Virus record (IMG/VR): IMGVR_UViG_3300005096_000103
Coordinates: 32,001-96,000 of that record
Reading direction: 5' to 3' (one strand)
DNA length: 64,000 nucleotides
Source of the DNA: a virus
The position numbers and the translations under genes are program-made. The notes beneath the pieces are model-generated. The model did not search any database. It was not told the origin of the DNA and saw nothing but the letters and a program-made list of their open reading frames with translations. This document shows, one piece after another, positions 1 through 9,347 of this stretch (its first letter is position 1; the number at the start of each line of letters is the position of its first letter).

Positions 1-337
1 CTGGGTGGAGAATGTCTCCCATGACAAGACCAATGTCCGAGCCAAATAGCGCGGGACCTGCTCCAGCGATCTTACGACCGCCACCTTGTTCAGCAAGCGC
101 CTTATCAATTGTAATGAGACACTCTGCAATCTTGATAACCGCTTCGTTAGATGGGCGGGAGTGCCGGTAGTCTTCCCCAACCAACGATAGAGGACCCTCG
201 AAGTCTACAGATGCCGCAGCGTAATCAGCTGCGTCTCTGAGATTTTGGACGCTAGCAATCTTAGTGATAGATCGCTGTTGTAAGTTCTCAGCGATAGCTC
301 GGGCAACGATTCTACGGTCAACGGGGGCATTGTACAT
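1..337 (-). CDS. Hypothetical protein, runs off the window edge (MYNAPVDRRIVARAIAENLQQRSITKIAS...); K-x-A motif protein
   Basis: Translated by hand: ATG at 337 with GAGGA upstream, open to position 1; contains TKIAS, IKIAE and RKIAG. Absent from the ORF track because it is truncated. Confidence 0.7.
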   Translation of the reverse strand, partial: MYNAPVDRRIVARAIAENLQQRSITKIASVQNLRDAADYAAASVDFEGPLSLVGEDYRHSRPSNEAVIKIAECLITIDKALAEQGGGRKIAGAGPALFGSDIGLVMGDILHP

Positions 338-365
338 GTTCTAGTCCTCAGTGTTTCGTCTTTGT

Positions 366-1535
366 TTAAACTCTAGCTAACGCGCGGAGTCCCCCGCCAG
401 TAAGCTTATCTACAGTGTATATTCCTTTAGTAACTTTCCTAGCCCTAGACAGTTCAGACTTCGTTTTATCTTGGTCAACCCACTTTTTAGGTTGTGGTGG
501 TGCGTTACCAACCGACTCGTCTATAGACCTACGTATGACCGTACGTGGTGGTGGTTTTTCTGTACCCCACAACTTATCCACATACTTTAACTGTGGACCC
601 ATCATACCTACCTGTAGTGCGCCTAGAGGGGATATAGCCGAGTTTATTAGTAGATTAGTCGCCTGTGCTCCTGCGCGTCGTACTTTCTGTCCGGTTGTGA
701 CTCCAGGGCTTTTATCTGCCAGAGCAGAGTATACCACAGCACCTGGTAGAGCGTAGCCTAGTCCTAGATTTGCTGCTTGTCCAGCTGTCTGTAGTGTTGG
801 AGATATCGCATACCTTGCAGCCTCGGCTATGTTTCCGCCTCTTAGAGCATTGTACGAAGCACGGAATCCTCTAGCGATGTCAGGATCTGGAGCTAGGTCG
901 CCTGTTAAAACACCCCCTTTTCCGACAAGCCCGCCTTGTAAGAACCTCTCCTTTGTGACCTTACCAGGGCTGTAACCTAAAAATATATCTGCTGTAGTAC
1001 GCGCTTTTCCTCGTAACCCTGCCCGTCTACTTCTAAGCTGTATAAACTGCTCTGGTGTTAGGTCAATCCCCGCCTCTCTAAATTTATCTATGCCACCAGT
1101 TATGCCATCCTTACCTCTAAGTCTATTTCGGATACCAAGGGAGCCTAACGCATCACCTGACAGGATGCTATCTGACTTTACGAAGTCTAAGTTGTTACTA
1201 TCTGCAGAAAGACCGATGCTTTTATTATTAAATTTTGCACCGACAGAGTTTAGATCGCCCTTTAGTCTCCTAGCGTCAAAGAGCCCAGAGTCTATAGCAC
1301 CCCATCGAGTTGTTACTTTATTCTTAATACCCTTAACAACATCCTCACCTCCGCCGAACATTATACGTTTAAGTCCTGTGGCAGCACTCGGAGCTTTAGC
1401 GATATACTTGTAGGCTGAACTCGCATCATTAGCGAGACCCTTAGCTACGTCTACAGCTTTAGAGCCTAGTCCAGCAGTTTTATCCTGATGGATTAGACTA
1501 AGTTCAAGGAGGTGCTGATATCTATTCCCATGCAT
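366..1535 (-). CDS. Gly/Ala-rich basic hypothetical protein, possibly an internal virion protein
   Basis: 389-aa ORF with GAGGA upstream, co-oriented with the RNAP genes; hydrophobic Gly-rich segment near the C-terminus; DKTAG motif. Function is inference. Confidence 0.65.
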   Translation of the reverse strand: MHGNRYQHLLELSLIHQDKTAGLGSKAVDVAKGLANDASSAYKYIAKAPSAATGLKRIMFGGGEDVVKGIKNKVTTRWGAIDSGLFDARRLKGDLNSVGAKFNNKSIGLSADSNNLDFVKSDSILSGDALGSLGIRNRLRGKDGITGGIDKFREAGIDLTPEQFIQLRSRRAGLRGKARTTADIFLGYSPGKVTKERFLQGGLVGKGGVLTGDLAPDPDIARGFRASYNALRGGNIAEAARYAISPTLQTAGQAANLGLGYALPGAVVYSALADKSPGVTTGQKVRRAGAQATNLLINSAISPLGALQVGMMGPQLKYVDKLWGTEKPPPRTVIRRSIDESVGNAPPQPKKWVDQDKTKSELSRARKVTKGIYTVDKLTGGGLRALARV

Positions 1536-1569
1536 TAATTAATATCCTCAGTACTTCCCGTCTACTATA

Positions 1570-3438
1570 CTAGTACTTTCCGTCAGTGCCACTACCAAAC
1601 TCTGCGCCATAGACGTAAGCGGGTATTGGCTCAAGTCCATGGATAGTATCGGACAGACCTGCTGCTGCAGCTTCGGTCAGACTTTTGCGTAGGTAACGAT
1701 GCTGCTGCTTCGCTAGCCACTTAGGACTGAGTAGAGGACTACGTGTCAACGGCTTTATTATCGGACGTACTCTAAGTTTACCCGTGTAGGTCTTGACTTC
1801 CGTAAGCCCTCTAGACTTTAGTCCTTCGATTATTGGACGCGTGAGTTCTGTGCCTGCGTTGAATTCATGTGTGTTTGCTCCGAGTATTGATCCCCGCAGG
1901 TCAGGGCTTAGCTTGACTTTAGCAGTCCGGGTTTCGTTTGTAAACTCCTTGTGCAGTGGTCCGTACGGTACGATGTCACCTGTAGTGTTATCCCCATATG
2001 GATCAGCCGTAACTCTGACGTAGTTAAGCTGTGACTTAGCTAGAAGCTCCGCGTGTCGCTTGTCTAAGTAGCTACCCGAGTTTTGATAGATAGACTGGAT
2101 CCCCTTAGCGATGTGAACTCTACCTGCGCCTAGTCCTTTGTAGGGTACGACGTCGTTAGGGAGAGGGACTCCTGTTGAAAGTAGGTCACCAGCATAGACA
2201 CTGTCTCCCGCTTTACGGATAGGGTCTATACCCGGTGGAACATACACTGTTCGTTGCTTACCCGAGTAGTTAACCGCTATGTTGAACCCGCCCTGTGGAG
2301 CAGAGTCTACTCTCTCAATTTTACCATTGTCAGAGGCTACTAGCGCTTTCTGTGTGAACGACTTTGGAAACTCTAAGAAGGCCTGGATACCTTTTAGACC
2401 ACGTAGACTGACGTCTTTCTTTGTTGCGATACGTACACCGTGCTTAGCGTTGAGGGCGAATTGCGTAAGGGGTTCACTAAGCGCTTGAGCACTGCGGACT
2501 CCGAGGTTAGTACCTATTGATGGGAACTGCCCACGCTCGTCGTACCCATAACATTTTTGGCACACGCCTTCCGGTAACTCACAAGTTAGTACACTGCGGA
2601 CAAGTAGCTCTCTTATGCCCTTACGCTTTAGGAGGGCGAGGTCCTGTGGCGTAATGACTTCGTTACGTCGTAAACCAGCTTTAGGTACATCCTTTGCAAC
2701 AAGTCTATCCACAGTAGAAGGTTCGTCTGACGACTCCATGACGCCATTAAATGTTCTGCAGTCGTCCTTAGCTACGACCTGTGCAGACATATTAGCAACC
2801 ATGATCTTAGCAAAAGCGCCAGGGTCTGCAACTGACTGCTTCGTTTGGACTGCAGCCCTCCTAGCTTCTGCGTTTGCTACCCAGACTTCCTCAGGTCGTA
2901 GACCCTCAGCATATGACCTAGCGATTAACCACGGAGTTACAGAGCCGTCACGCCGAGTAACAGCACCTGGAGAAGCTACCGTCTTAGACAGTTGTGCAAT
3001 AGAACCTCGACCACCAGAGTTGGCCATCATAGCCATATCAGATTTGTGAGACTTAACTGTGCCGAGTAGTGCATCCTGTGTATTAATTATGATGTTCTGG
3101 CGCTTAGTAACGTCACCTGGTAAAGTCGTTGAGAGAGGTCTCAGCTTCTTCATAGCCTTTCGAACAATAGGATCCCGCCTTGCGTAGTCAGGTGTGATGT
3201 CGTCAAGCCCTACAGAGATCCCTAGATAGGTCGCAGCTTCGTCCCCGATACTTTTTATCTTCTGTACGATACGACCATATGAACTAGGGTAGGTTTTCCC
3301 TATAAGGCTCAGCTTATCCTGGAGAACTCTCTTCGTGATAGGTTTATCAAACTTCGGGATCCCTTTGGGGATCTGCTCGTTAAATAACAGAGTCCCAAAA
3401 CTCATAGCCTTGTTATTCTTATTTTTCTTTGGTGGCAT
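1570..3438 (-). CDS. rpoC: RNA polymerase beta' subunit, C-terminal half (bridge helix, trigger loop, jaw, second Zn site)
   Basis: MAMMANSGGRGS resembles YMMADSGARGS; VRSVLTCELPEGVCQKCYG resembles VRSVVSCDTDFGVCAHCYG; AQALSEPLTQFALNAKHG resembles AQSIGEPGTQLTMRTFH; the C-terminal LTEAAAAG matches bacterial RpoC. Confidence 0.95.
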   Translation of the reverse strand: MPPKKNKNNKAMSFGTLLFNEQIPKGIPKFDKPITKRVLQDKLSLIGKTYPSSYGRIVQKIKSIGDEAATYLGISVGLDDITPDYARRDPIVRKAMKKLRPLSTTLPGDVTKRQNIIINTQDALLGTVKSHKSDMAMMANSGGRGSIAQLSKTVASPGAVTRRDGSVTPWLIARSYAEGLRPEEVWVANAEARRAAVQTKQSVADPGAFAKIMVANMSAQVVAKDDCRTFNGVMESSDEPSTVDRLVAKDVPKAGLRRNEVITPQDLALLKRKGIRELLVRSVLTCELPEGVCQKCYGYDERGQFPSIGTNLGVRSAQALSEPLTQFALNAKHGVRIATKKDVSLRGLKGIQAFLEFPKSFTQKALVASDNGKIERVDSAPQGGFNIAVNYSGKQRTVYVPPGIDPIRKAGDSVYAGDLLSTGVPLPNDVVPYKGLGAGRVHIAKGIQSIYQNSGSYLDKRHAELLAKSQLNYVRVTADPYGDNTTGDIVPYGPLHKEFTNETRTAKVKLSPDLRGSILGANTHEFNAGTELTRPIIEGLKSRGLTEVKTYTGKLRVRPIIKPLTRSPLLSPKWLAKQQHRYLRKSLTEAAAAGLSDTIHGLEPIPAYVYGAEFGSGTDGKY

Positions 3439-3441
3439 GTG

Positions 3442-3972
3442 CTAGCCCCTGTACCCTTTGAACATAGTGTTAACGTCAGTGGATACGCCTAGAGGTACTG
3501 ATAGCGCTGATACGCCTAGCGCTCCACCCCTAACATACTTATTCTTAGCGAGTACTTTAGCTGCACCCCCTATCAGGCTACTGGCTGGTTTGCTAGCGGC
3601 TGCACCGGTGACAGCTTTACCTACACCCTTGCCTACTGTGCTAGCTACTGCCTTACCTACACCCTTACTTGCTAGCCTCCCTAAGAGCCTGCCCCCTAGA
3701 CTAAGTAGTCCCGCCATCTTAGCCCCCTGCCCTCCAAAGCCTCCGGAACCTACGTTCGAGGTGTCGATGTTATATGACTTAGCCCAGTTGACAGTCTGGG
3801 TTCCGCGGTGGCGCTTACGTCTAGCTGGTCCTGACCTAAAGCCGCGGGGGATAGCACTCTTGTCGAGCATGGACTGCTCTAACTCAGAGACGATATTAGC
3901 CTGCTTGTAGACATTGATGCCTGCTAAGCGACTAACTATAACGTTATGCAATTGAGTGTGTGCACTGCGCAT
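3442..3972 (-). CDS. Gly/Ala/Lys-rich hypothetical protein between the two RNAP genes
   Basis: 176-aa ORF; its ATG overlaps the TAA of the upstream RNAP gene (TAATG); contains YKQAN, DKSAI and AKMAG motifs and amphipathic GKAV repeats. Confidence 0.65.
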   Translation of the reverse strand: MRSAHTQLHNVIVSRLAGINVYKQANIVSELEQSMLDKSAIPRGFRSGPARRKRHRGTQTVNWAKSYNIDTSNVGSGGFGGQGAKMAGLLSLGGRLLGRLASKGVGKAVASTVGKGVGKAVTGAAASKPASSLIGGAAKVLAKNKYVRGGALGVSALSVPLGVSTDVNTMFKGYRG

Positions 3973-6900
3973 TACACGCCTCCTTTATTCCTAAGTGTGA
4001 TAGGCGTGTTAAGTGTTATCTCGTTGCGGTTGTACGCGGCTTTAGCTGCTTTAAGATCCTGGAAGATGCGCGCCTTACCTTTAGCCTGGCTCCCGGAGAA
4101 CGCCCCATACACTGCCTCGTGTTGTGGTTTAACGAGGAGGCTAGACTTCTTACCGTCTGAGAATATGAGATTAGACAAGGTCATACGCTTAGCTTCCTCT
4201 ACAGCCTTAGGCATTGAGGGGGTGTAGACCTGCATGGCATCGCCATCATAGTCTGCGTTCAAACCTTCTTCTGCAAAAGGGTTGAGCCGGATCGTCTTAC
4301 CTGGCACGGGTACAGCGTAAGCACCGATTAAGCCGAAGCGGTGTAGAGTCGGTGCTCGATTGATTAACACAGGCCTCTCTTTCAATTCGGCATTCAACTC
4401 GATCCTAGCCTCAGGTGTACGGTTATCCACCATGCCAATAGCCGCAACAGGCGCAGTACCCTTGCGGACTAGACGACGAGTTGTAAAGGGCTTGTACATT
4501 GACCAGAGCATGTCCTCTGGGATACCTACCTGGTCCAAACCAAGTGAGGGGTCAGGAGCTATGGTACCACGACCAGATAGTTGCTGTCTCTTCTTGATGA
4601 GCTTCTCGTGGAAGAACCCATACTTGGGGCTTGTCTCTCCCACGATCTGAGTCATGAAACCTTTGACACCACGTCCTAGAGTCTTAGCGTTGACAGGCGG
4701 GTTTGTTCCGAACACTGCACCAACAGCGTCGTAGAGTTGTTTGTTACTCTGTCCTGGTTCCTCCAAGGCTTTGAGTTCCTTAGGGGTGTTCTTGATAGAC
4801 TCGTTAACAAGTATAAGATCCTTATACAAGTAGTTAGGGTCAGAGATTAAAGCAGACCCGTCACTGGTTGTCACAACCGTACGCATGATAGGCGGGATAA
4901 CTGGGACCTTAGAGATGACGTACGCGTCTCCAGGTGACAAGTTCTGCTTCTTAAGAGAACCAATATACTTAAGCTGCCTCACCCACCCGTCAACTTGTGT
5001 TGCTGCGCTAGGTGATCGTATATTGATCTTCTGGGATATCTTAGCCTTTAGGGATCGCTCAAGTCCTGGGAGGTTTAGAGAGTTGAGCTTCGTCTTAACT
5101 GCAGCGCCTCCAGCTTCAGTGCTATACTTTGTGAACTCTATACCAGACATCCCTAGAAGCTCACGTGCAGGCTTTGCAAACACTGGATTCACTATAGGCT
5201 CAGCTAGTTTTATCTTAGACCACTTAGTTCCTGAGGGTCCTCCTGTAATACTGAAGTCGAATAGACCACCAGTCTCAGGGACGTACTTGGCTCCTCCGTT
5301 CTTAGAAGACTTGACCTTCATGATCCCAGCATTCTCTACTTCACGCTGGGCTAACGCATCAGTATCCTTATCTGTCATAGGCAACACACTAAAGATGTCA
5401 CCTTGCTTCTTAACGTTGATACCTCCGCCTTGCAGCATAGTCGTGTACTTGTTGAAGGCGTGAGACGTTTTGATGTCAGGGGTCGGGAGACCCAGCTGTA
5501 CCCTTCGCCAATACTCTTCGTTCTTATCTGACTTTACAGTGGAGCCCTCTTTGAGGATGGCGCGAGCGTCATGGGCTACAAGAGCCAAGAAGTCCATTGC
5601 ACCAAAGCTCTTTGCGCCCTCAGGGCCTCCACGTGTTGGCTGTCCATTAACATCAGTGGCGCCCACGCCTCGGGCTGAGAAGTTCGTCTCCGTGCTCTTG
5701 AACAGCTTGAGCATGTACTGCTGCCCTACCATTATATTAGGGATCTTCTTTCCGGTGATAGGGTCAGTGACGGTTTCCTTATCTTTGATCCCATGTTTCT
5801 TAAGCAGATCCTTTGCGAACTTGACACGATTGACGTTGTCGTAGTGAGGGAGCTGTATGACTTTACCTGTCTTCACTGCGACCTTTGAGATAGCTGTCTC
5901 GATAATCTGAGCAGGGTTGATGCGAGATACAACACCCGCGCTTGTGAGGAGCAGGTCGAGAGGCTTACCATCTTCACCCTGTGGCATCTCGTTATCTGGT
6001 ATAACTAAAGACACGACACCTTTGTTACCATATCGCCCAGCTAACTTATCCCCAACGCCCATAGGCTCAAGGGTTAACACTGTAACTTTGATAGAGCGAG
6101 GTGTGACCCTCACATCTTTAACAGTACCTTCGTGTTTATGTTCCCAGAGTATAGAAGCATCCCTGTAGGGTCTGACAAGACCTCGACTGAGGTTACCGAG
6201 AATCTCGTCCTCTGTTGACCTTACAACTTTCTTCACTGCTACAATGAGAAGTTCACCGGGCTTAATCTTTGAGCCGACTTTAGGTGCGCCACTCCTATCA
6301 ATGTTGTTGTACTCAGCAGCAGTAAACTTACCTCCGAAGTAAGTACGGTGTTTGTCTACCCCAGGTTCTATATTAGCAGTGATACTCAGCGAGTGCCTAT
6401 ACATGTGCTCGCTGGTCAGCTTATTCTTAGATGCACCCTCTGAGATAATTAGAGCATCATTAGAGTTGTAGCCCTTCCACGCCATGTAGGCTACCTTAAG
6501 ATTTGTCCCGCCCGCGTATCGACCGTCCTTAGTGAAGTTAGAATCAGCGAGGAAAGCACCCTTCTTAACCTTGTCACCCTTTGCAACGTTGACGCTATGG
6601 TCAAGCCTTGTCTTAGATGCGAAGGGGAAGTTCCTCGCATAAGGGACCTTGAACACCGAACCGTTGTTATCCTTTATATGTATCGTGTCTGTCTTCGTAT
6701 CTATTTTGCTGATAGTACCAGCGACAGGAGACTTAGGGAGGTGGATAGTCCCGAAGACATCCTCCATTGACTCCCCTGTCTTAGTGTTCCCCTGCACCTG
6801 AACCCAAGGTACTTCCCTGTTAACTAGCGGCAGCGATTGAGTCACTTGCTTCGCGCCCATGATAGCGCGATTCCCTTGCATTCCATTGATCCCCGGTACG

Positions 6901-8513
6901 ATATTCGTAGAAGGTGAATACATCGCTGCAGTACTCGGGACTTGATAGTCTACCTGGTTGCGAGAGACATTCTTAATCGTATCCCCAAACAAGACAGGCA
7001 CTTTGTTCTTTGTGATATCTGTCGTAGGGAAGGCAACGTTCTTCTTTGTAAAGTCTAAGACGTTGACGTACTCAAGCTTCTTCGTCTTTACGTTCTTTAG
7101 CAGTGAGAACATATCCCCTTCGTCGTTCACCGCCCCGTACGCTGTAACTCGAAGGTCTACACCTACACCCCCTGACTCAGGGGTACGGACAGGATCTAAG
7201 ATACCCAGGTGAGTTCCGTGCTGGTCCCGTGTTGAGTCTGGGACAGATCTGAGAGACGAGATACCCCCCTCCCCTAGAGATGTGACCTTGACCGCAGAGT
7301 CTAGGATCTCGATAGGGTTAATCTGTGACGGATTACTGGAGAGTGAGCTTGTAGTAATCAGTGTCTTAAGCGGACGACTGAAAGGGGTCGGAGGCATGAT
7401 ACTTTTAATTGTAGGATCTGCTGTACCATTGAGCTTGAACTTAACCTTAGACTGAAAAGCTCTACCCGCGTTCTTACTGATCCTCTCCCCAAAGAAAGTG
7501 TCTACAGTGTGTAGTGTCTTGAACTCTAGAGAGTCACGATCATCCTCAGGCTCAACTTTGTTATAAACCCTTAAGATCTTCTTGCTTGCAATCAAAAGAG
7601 CCTTGACGCTAACCCTGTCAAACTCCTGACCTAACGTAGTCTTTGTTACACGCTTGTGTAATACAGTGTTCTCGTACGCCTTAGCGATCTCACGTGCCAT
7701 ATCCTTGAGCGTAGGACTTGCCGTTCTATCTGACTCTTTAACGATCTTAAGATAGAGCTTACGTAGATTAGCCTGGGTATTCTTATTCGCCTTGCGATTA
7801 ACATCAACTAGCTTAGCACCCCACGCTTTCTTTACGTCAGCGGGTGATACCCCTAGCGTCTCCAATACAGGGTATAAAGGTATCTTAGTTGAGTCGTACT
7901 GTAAGTAGAACACGCCAGTCTCTGGAACCATAAAGATTCTAAAGTTACGCCCACGACCCAGGTTGAAGTTAGCTTCCAGGTCACCGTTGTTGCGTGTACG
8001 AGTGTAGACGCCAGGCTTAATACGCAGCTGATTTGACAGCGAGTACTCTGTGCCCTTTACCGTGAAGGTATGCCGAGGTGTCATCCAAGGAAGCTGCGCT
8101 ACAGTCTTCTTCTGCTTATCAACAACCTTTCCAGTCTTATTGTTGCGTATGATGAGCGTAGCACTCACCCGCTCGTTAAGAGACTTACCTACAAGGATAG
8201 CTTCTTTCTGTTCCTTTAACGTAAAGTCTTTCTTCTCTACGCTGATATCCTTCACTTCGAGGGAGAACTTCGTACCCTCCACAGGCATCGTCTTTGCGAG
8301 CGCTGCAACAGTCTGCTGCCTTATCCGCTCCCGCCTCTCTTCTGCAGAGGAGAGTACCCGATGCAACCCTTTGAGGTACCCCGTCTTCAACGTGTACGGC
8401 GTATCATCTCCCTCAGGATCCACCCCCGCAAGCTCTGCTGCCGAGGTAGGTTCCAGAGTATCCTCTTGCGAGTCAGCGCCATCTATCGCGAACCCACTTT
8501 CTTTATTAGCCAT
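3972..8513 (-). CDS. rpoB: RNA polymerase beta subunit fused to the N-terminal catalytic half of beta'
   Basis: Beta motifs: RDQHGTHLGILDPVRTPESG, GNRAIMGAKQ, GDKLAGRYGNKGVV, YMLKL, TVKSD. In the same frame come beta' motifs: PVIPPIMR, KRQQLSGRGTI, NRAPTLHR, NADYDGD (4239-4259). Start moved from 8585 to 8513 (MANKES) because GGAGGTG lies just upstream. Confidence 0.95.
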   Translation of the reverse strand: MANKESGFAIDGADSQEDTLEPTSAAELAGVDPEGDDTPYTLKTGYLKGLHRVLSSAEERRERIRQQTVAALAKTMPVEGTKFSLEVKDISVEKKDFTLKEQKEAILVGKSLNERVSATLIIRNNKTGKVVDKQKKTVAQLPWMTPRHTFTVKGTEYSLSNQLRIKPGVYTRTRNNGDLEANFNLGRGRNFRIFMVPETGVFYLQYDSTKIPLYPVLETLGVSPADVKKAWGAKLVDVNRKANKNTQANLRKLYLKIVKESDRTASPTLKDMAREIAKAYENTVLHKRVTKTTLGQEFDRVSVKALLIASKKILRVYNKVEPEDDRDSLEFKTLHTVDTFFGERISKNAGRAFQSKVKFKLNGTADPTIKSIMPPTPFSRPLKTLITTSSLSSNPSQINPIEILDSAVKVTSLGEGGISSLRSVPDSTRDQHGTHLGILDPVRTPESGGVGVDLRVTAYGAVNDEGDMFSLLKNVKTKKLEYVNVLDFTKKNVAFPTTDITKNKVPVLFGDTIKNVSRNQVDYQVPSTAAMYSPSTNIVPGINGMQGNRAIMGAKQVTQSLPLVNREVPWVQVQGNTKTGESMEDVFGTIHLPKSPVAGTISKIDTKTDTIHIKDNNGSVFKVPYARNFPFASKTRLDHSVNVAKGDKVKKGAFLADSNFTKDGRYAGGTNLKVAYMAWKGYNSNDALIISEGASKNKLTSEHMYRHSLSITANIEPGVDKHRTYFGGKFTAAEYNNIDRSGAPKVGSKIKPGELLIVAVKKVVRSTEDEILGNLSRGLVRPYRDASILWEHKHEGTVKDVRVTPRSIKVTVLTLEPMGVGDKLAGRYGNKGVVSLVIPDNEMPQGEDGKPLDLLLTSAGVVSRINPAQIIETAISKVAVKTGKVIQLPHYDNVNRVKFAKDLLKKHGIKDKETVTDPITGKKIPNIMVGQQYMLKLFKSTETNFSARGVGATDVNGQPTRGGPEGAKSFGAMDFLALVAHDARAILKEGSTVKSDKNEEYWRRVQLGLPTPDIKTSHAFNKYTTMLQGGGINVKKQGDIFSVLPMTDKDTDALAQREVENAGIMKVKSSKNGGAKYVPETGGLFDFSITGGPSGTKWSKIKLAEPIVNPVFAKPARELLGMSGIEFTKYSTEAGGAAVKTKLNSLNLPGLERSLKAKISQKINIRSPSAATQVDGWVRQLKYIGSLKKQNLSPGDAYVISKVPVIPPIMRTVVTTSDGSALISDPNYLYKDLILVNESIKNTPKELKALEEPGQSNKQLYDAVGAVFGTNPPVNAKTLGRGVKGFMTQIVGETSPKYGFFHEKLIKKRQQLSGRGTIAPDPSLGLDQVGIPEDMLWSMYKPFTTRRLVRKGTAPVAAIGMVDNRTPEARIELNAELKERPVLINRAPTLHRFGLIGAYAVPVPGKTIRLNPFAEEGLNADYDGDAMQVYTPSMPKAVEEAKRMTLSNLIFSDGKKSSLLVKPQHEAVYGAFSGSQAKGKARIFQDLKAAKAAYNRNEITLNTPITLRNKGGV

Positions 8514-8681
8514 AGCGTACACCTCCCCTCGGGAGACTACTCTAGTTCCGTCCGGTCGTAAATGCCCTGCATAAACGTGCCTCATAAATTGGTATAAGAT
8601 AGTAACTAAGATTCGTAGATCTAATCACTAAGCACGCAATAAGGCGTACTAGGTGAAGAGGTCGAAACTTTGGGAGTACGC

Positions 8682-8804
8682 ATGCGTACCAGAAACATCA
8701 TCGCGATCCTTATGATCGCTGCCGCACTAGTAGCGGGTGAGAGAAGTTCTCTCCCTGTTCGGTGCGGCGTTCCTACCACTTCGTCCATCGGGTCGAAGTG
8801 GTAG
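8682..8804 (+). CDS. 40-aa small ORF with a hydrophobic N-terminus (MRTRNIIAILMIAAALVAGERSSLPVRCGVPTTSSIGSKW)
   Basis: Translated by hand; GGGAG 5 nt upstream of the ATG; its 3' half overlaps strong hairpins. Confidence 0.45.
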   Translation: MRTRNIIAILMIAAALVAGERSSLPVRCGVPTTSSIGSKW

Positions 8805-8837
8805 GAAGAGAGAACCCAAATGGATTCTCTTTTGTTT
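8736..8837 (+). promoter_or_regulatory. Structured RNA element with alternative helices ending in a terminator-like hairpin
   Basis: Perfect 14-bp inverted repeat TTCCTACCACTTCG (8770-8783) / CGAAGTGGTAGGAA (8794-8807). GTTCTCTC (8746-8753) can pair with GAGAGAAC (8808-8815), competing with hairpin AGAGAA..TTCTCT (8809-8830), which is followed by TTTGTTT. Confidence 0.5.
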
Positions 8838-8994
8838 AGTAAAACATACACCTCTTAACCTCACCCTCTAAGACCAAAAACAACCCCTATTAATTGGTAA
8901 AAGATATTAACAATAGAATACTAGCTTGCTTGAATTCAATGCACAATATGGTGTGTTGGGTATTAGAGTGAGCGCCATAGTCCTTGGAGGGATT

Positions 8995-9333
8995 ATGTTT
9001 GGTTTCGGAAGAAAGAAGAACAGTCGCCGTGAGTTGGTTAACGTTTGTTGCGCTGTGATCGGAGGCCTCGCAGCCTCCGTCGTGGCTGGTTCGAGTATCG
9101 TCGGAGTAGGGGTCGCGAAAGCGGCTCTCGCCCCCTCGGGGGTGGCGGAGAGGACGGTAGTCCAGGTCCGCACAGTGAAGAAGTTGGCAAAGGTGATGGA
9201 GAAGGAGGAGAAGAAGGCGGCCAAGGCCAAGGCCAAGGCGCGTGCCAAGAAGCTTCAGGCGAAGTCGGCGAAGAAGGGAAAGAAGATCCGCAACGCCAAG
9301 CTCGACCAGTTGCTGGAGGCTTTCGCCGCGTAA
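8995..9333 (+). CDS. Small membrane protein with a Lys/Ala-rich (histone H1-like) C-terminal tail
   Basis: GGAGG precedes the ATG at 8995 (ORF track start is 8926); hydrophobic segment followed by KKAAKAKAKARAKKLQAKSAKKGKK; G/C-ending codons unlike its neighbours. Confidence 0.75.
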   Translation: MFGFGRKKNSRRELVNVCCAVIGGLAASVVAGSSIVGVGVAKAALAPSGVAERTVVQVRTVKKLAKVMEKEEKKAAKAKAKARAKKLQAKSAKKGKKIRNAKLDQLLEAFAA

Positions 9334-9347
9334 GCGGTGAGAGTCGG

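Noticed and set aside
1570-8513. Cellular rpoBC operon, i.e. a bacterial chromosome
   Set aside because: No flanking ribosomal-protein genes, strongly divergent motifs, and a context of terminase, baseplate and tail genes.
8514-8585. ORF-track start of the RNAP gene at 8585
   Set aside because: The strong GGAGGTG lies directly before the ATG at 8513, so the extra 24 codons are probably untranslated leader.
8630-8740. c-di-GMP-I riboswitch or tRNA
   Set aside because: GAAA, GGGA-ACGCA and GTAGCGGG fragments are only loosely similar and the required helices could not be built; no cloverleaf or T-loop motif was seen.
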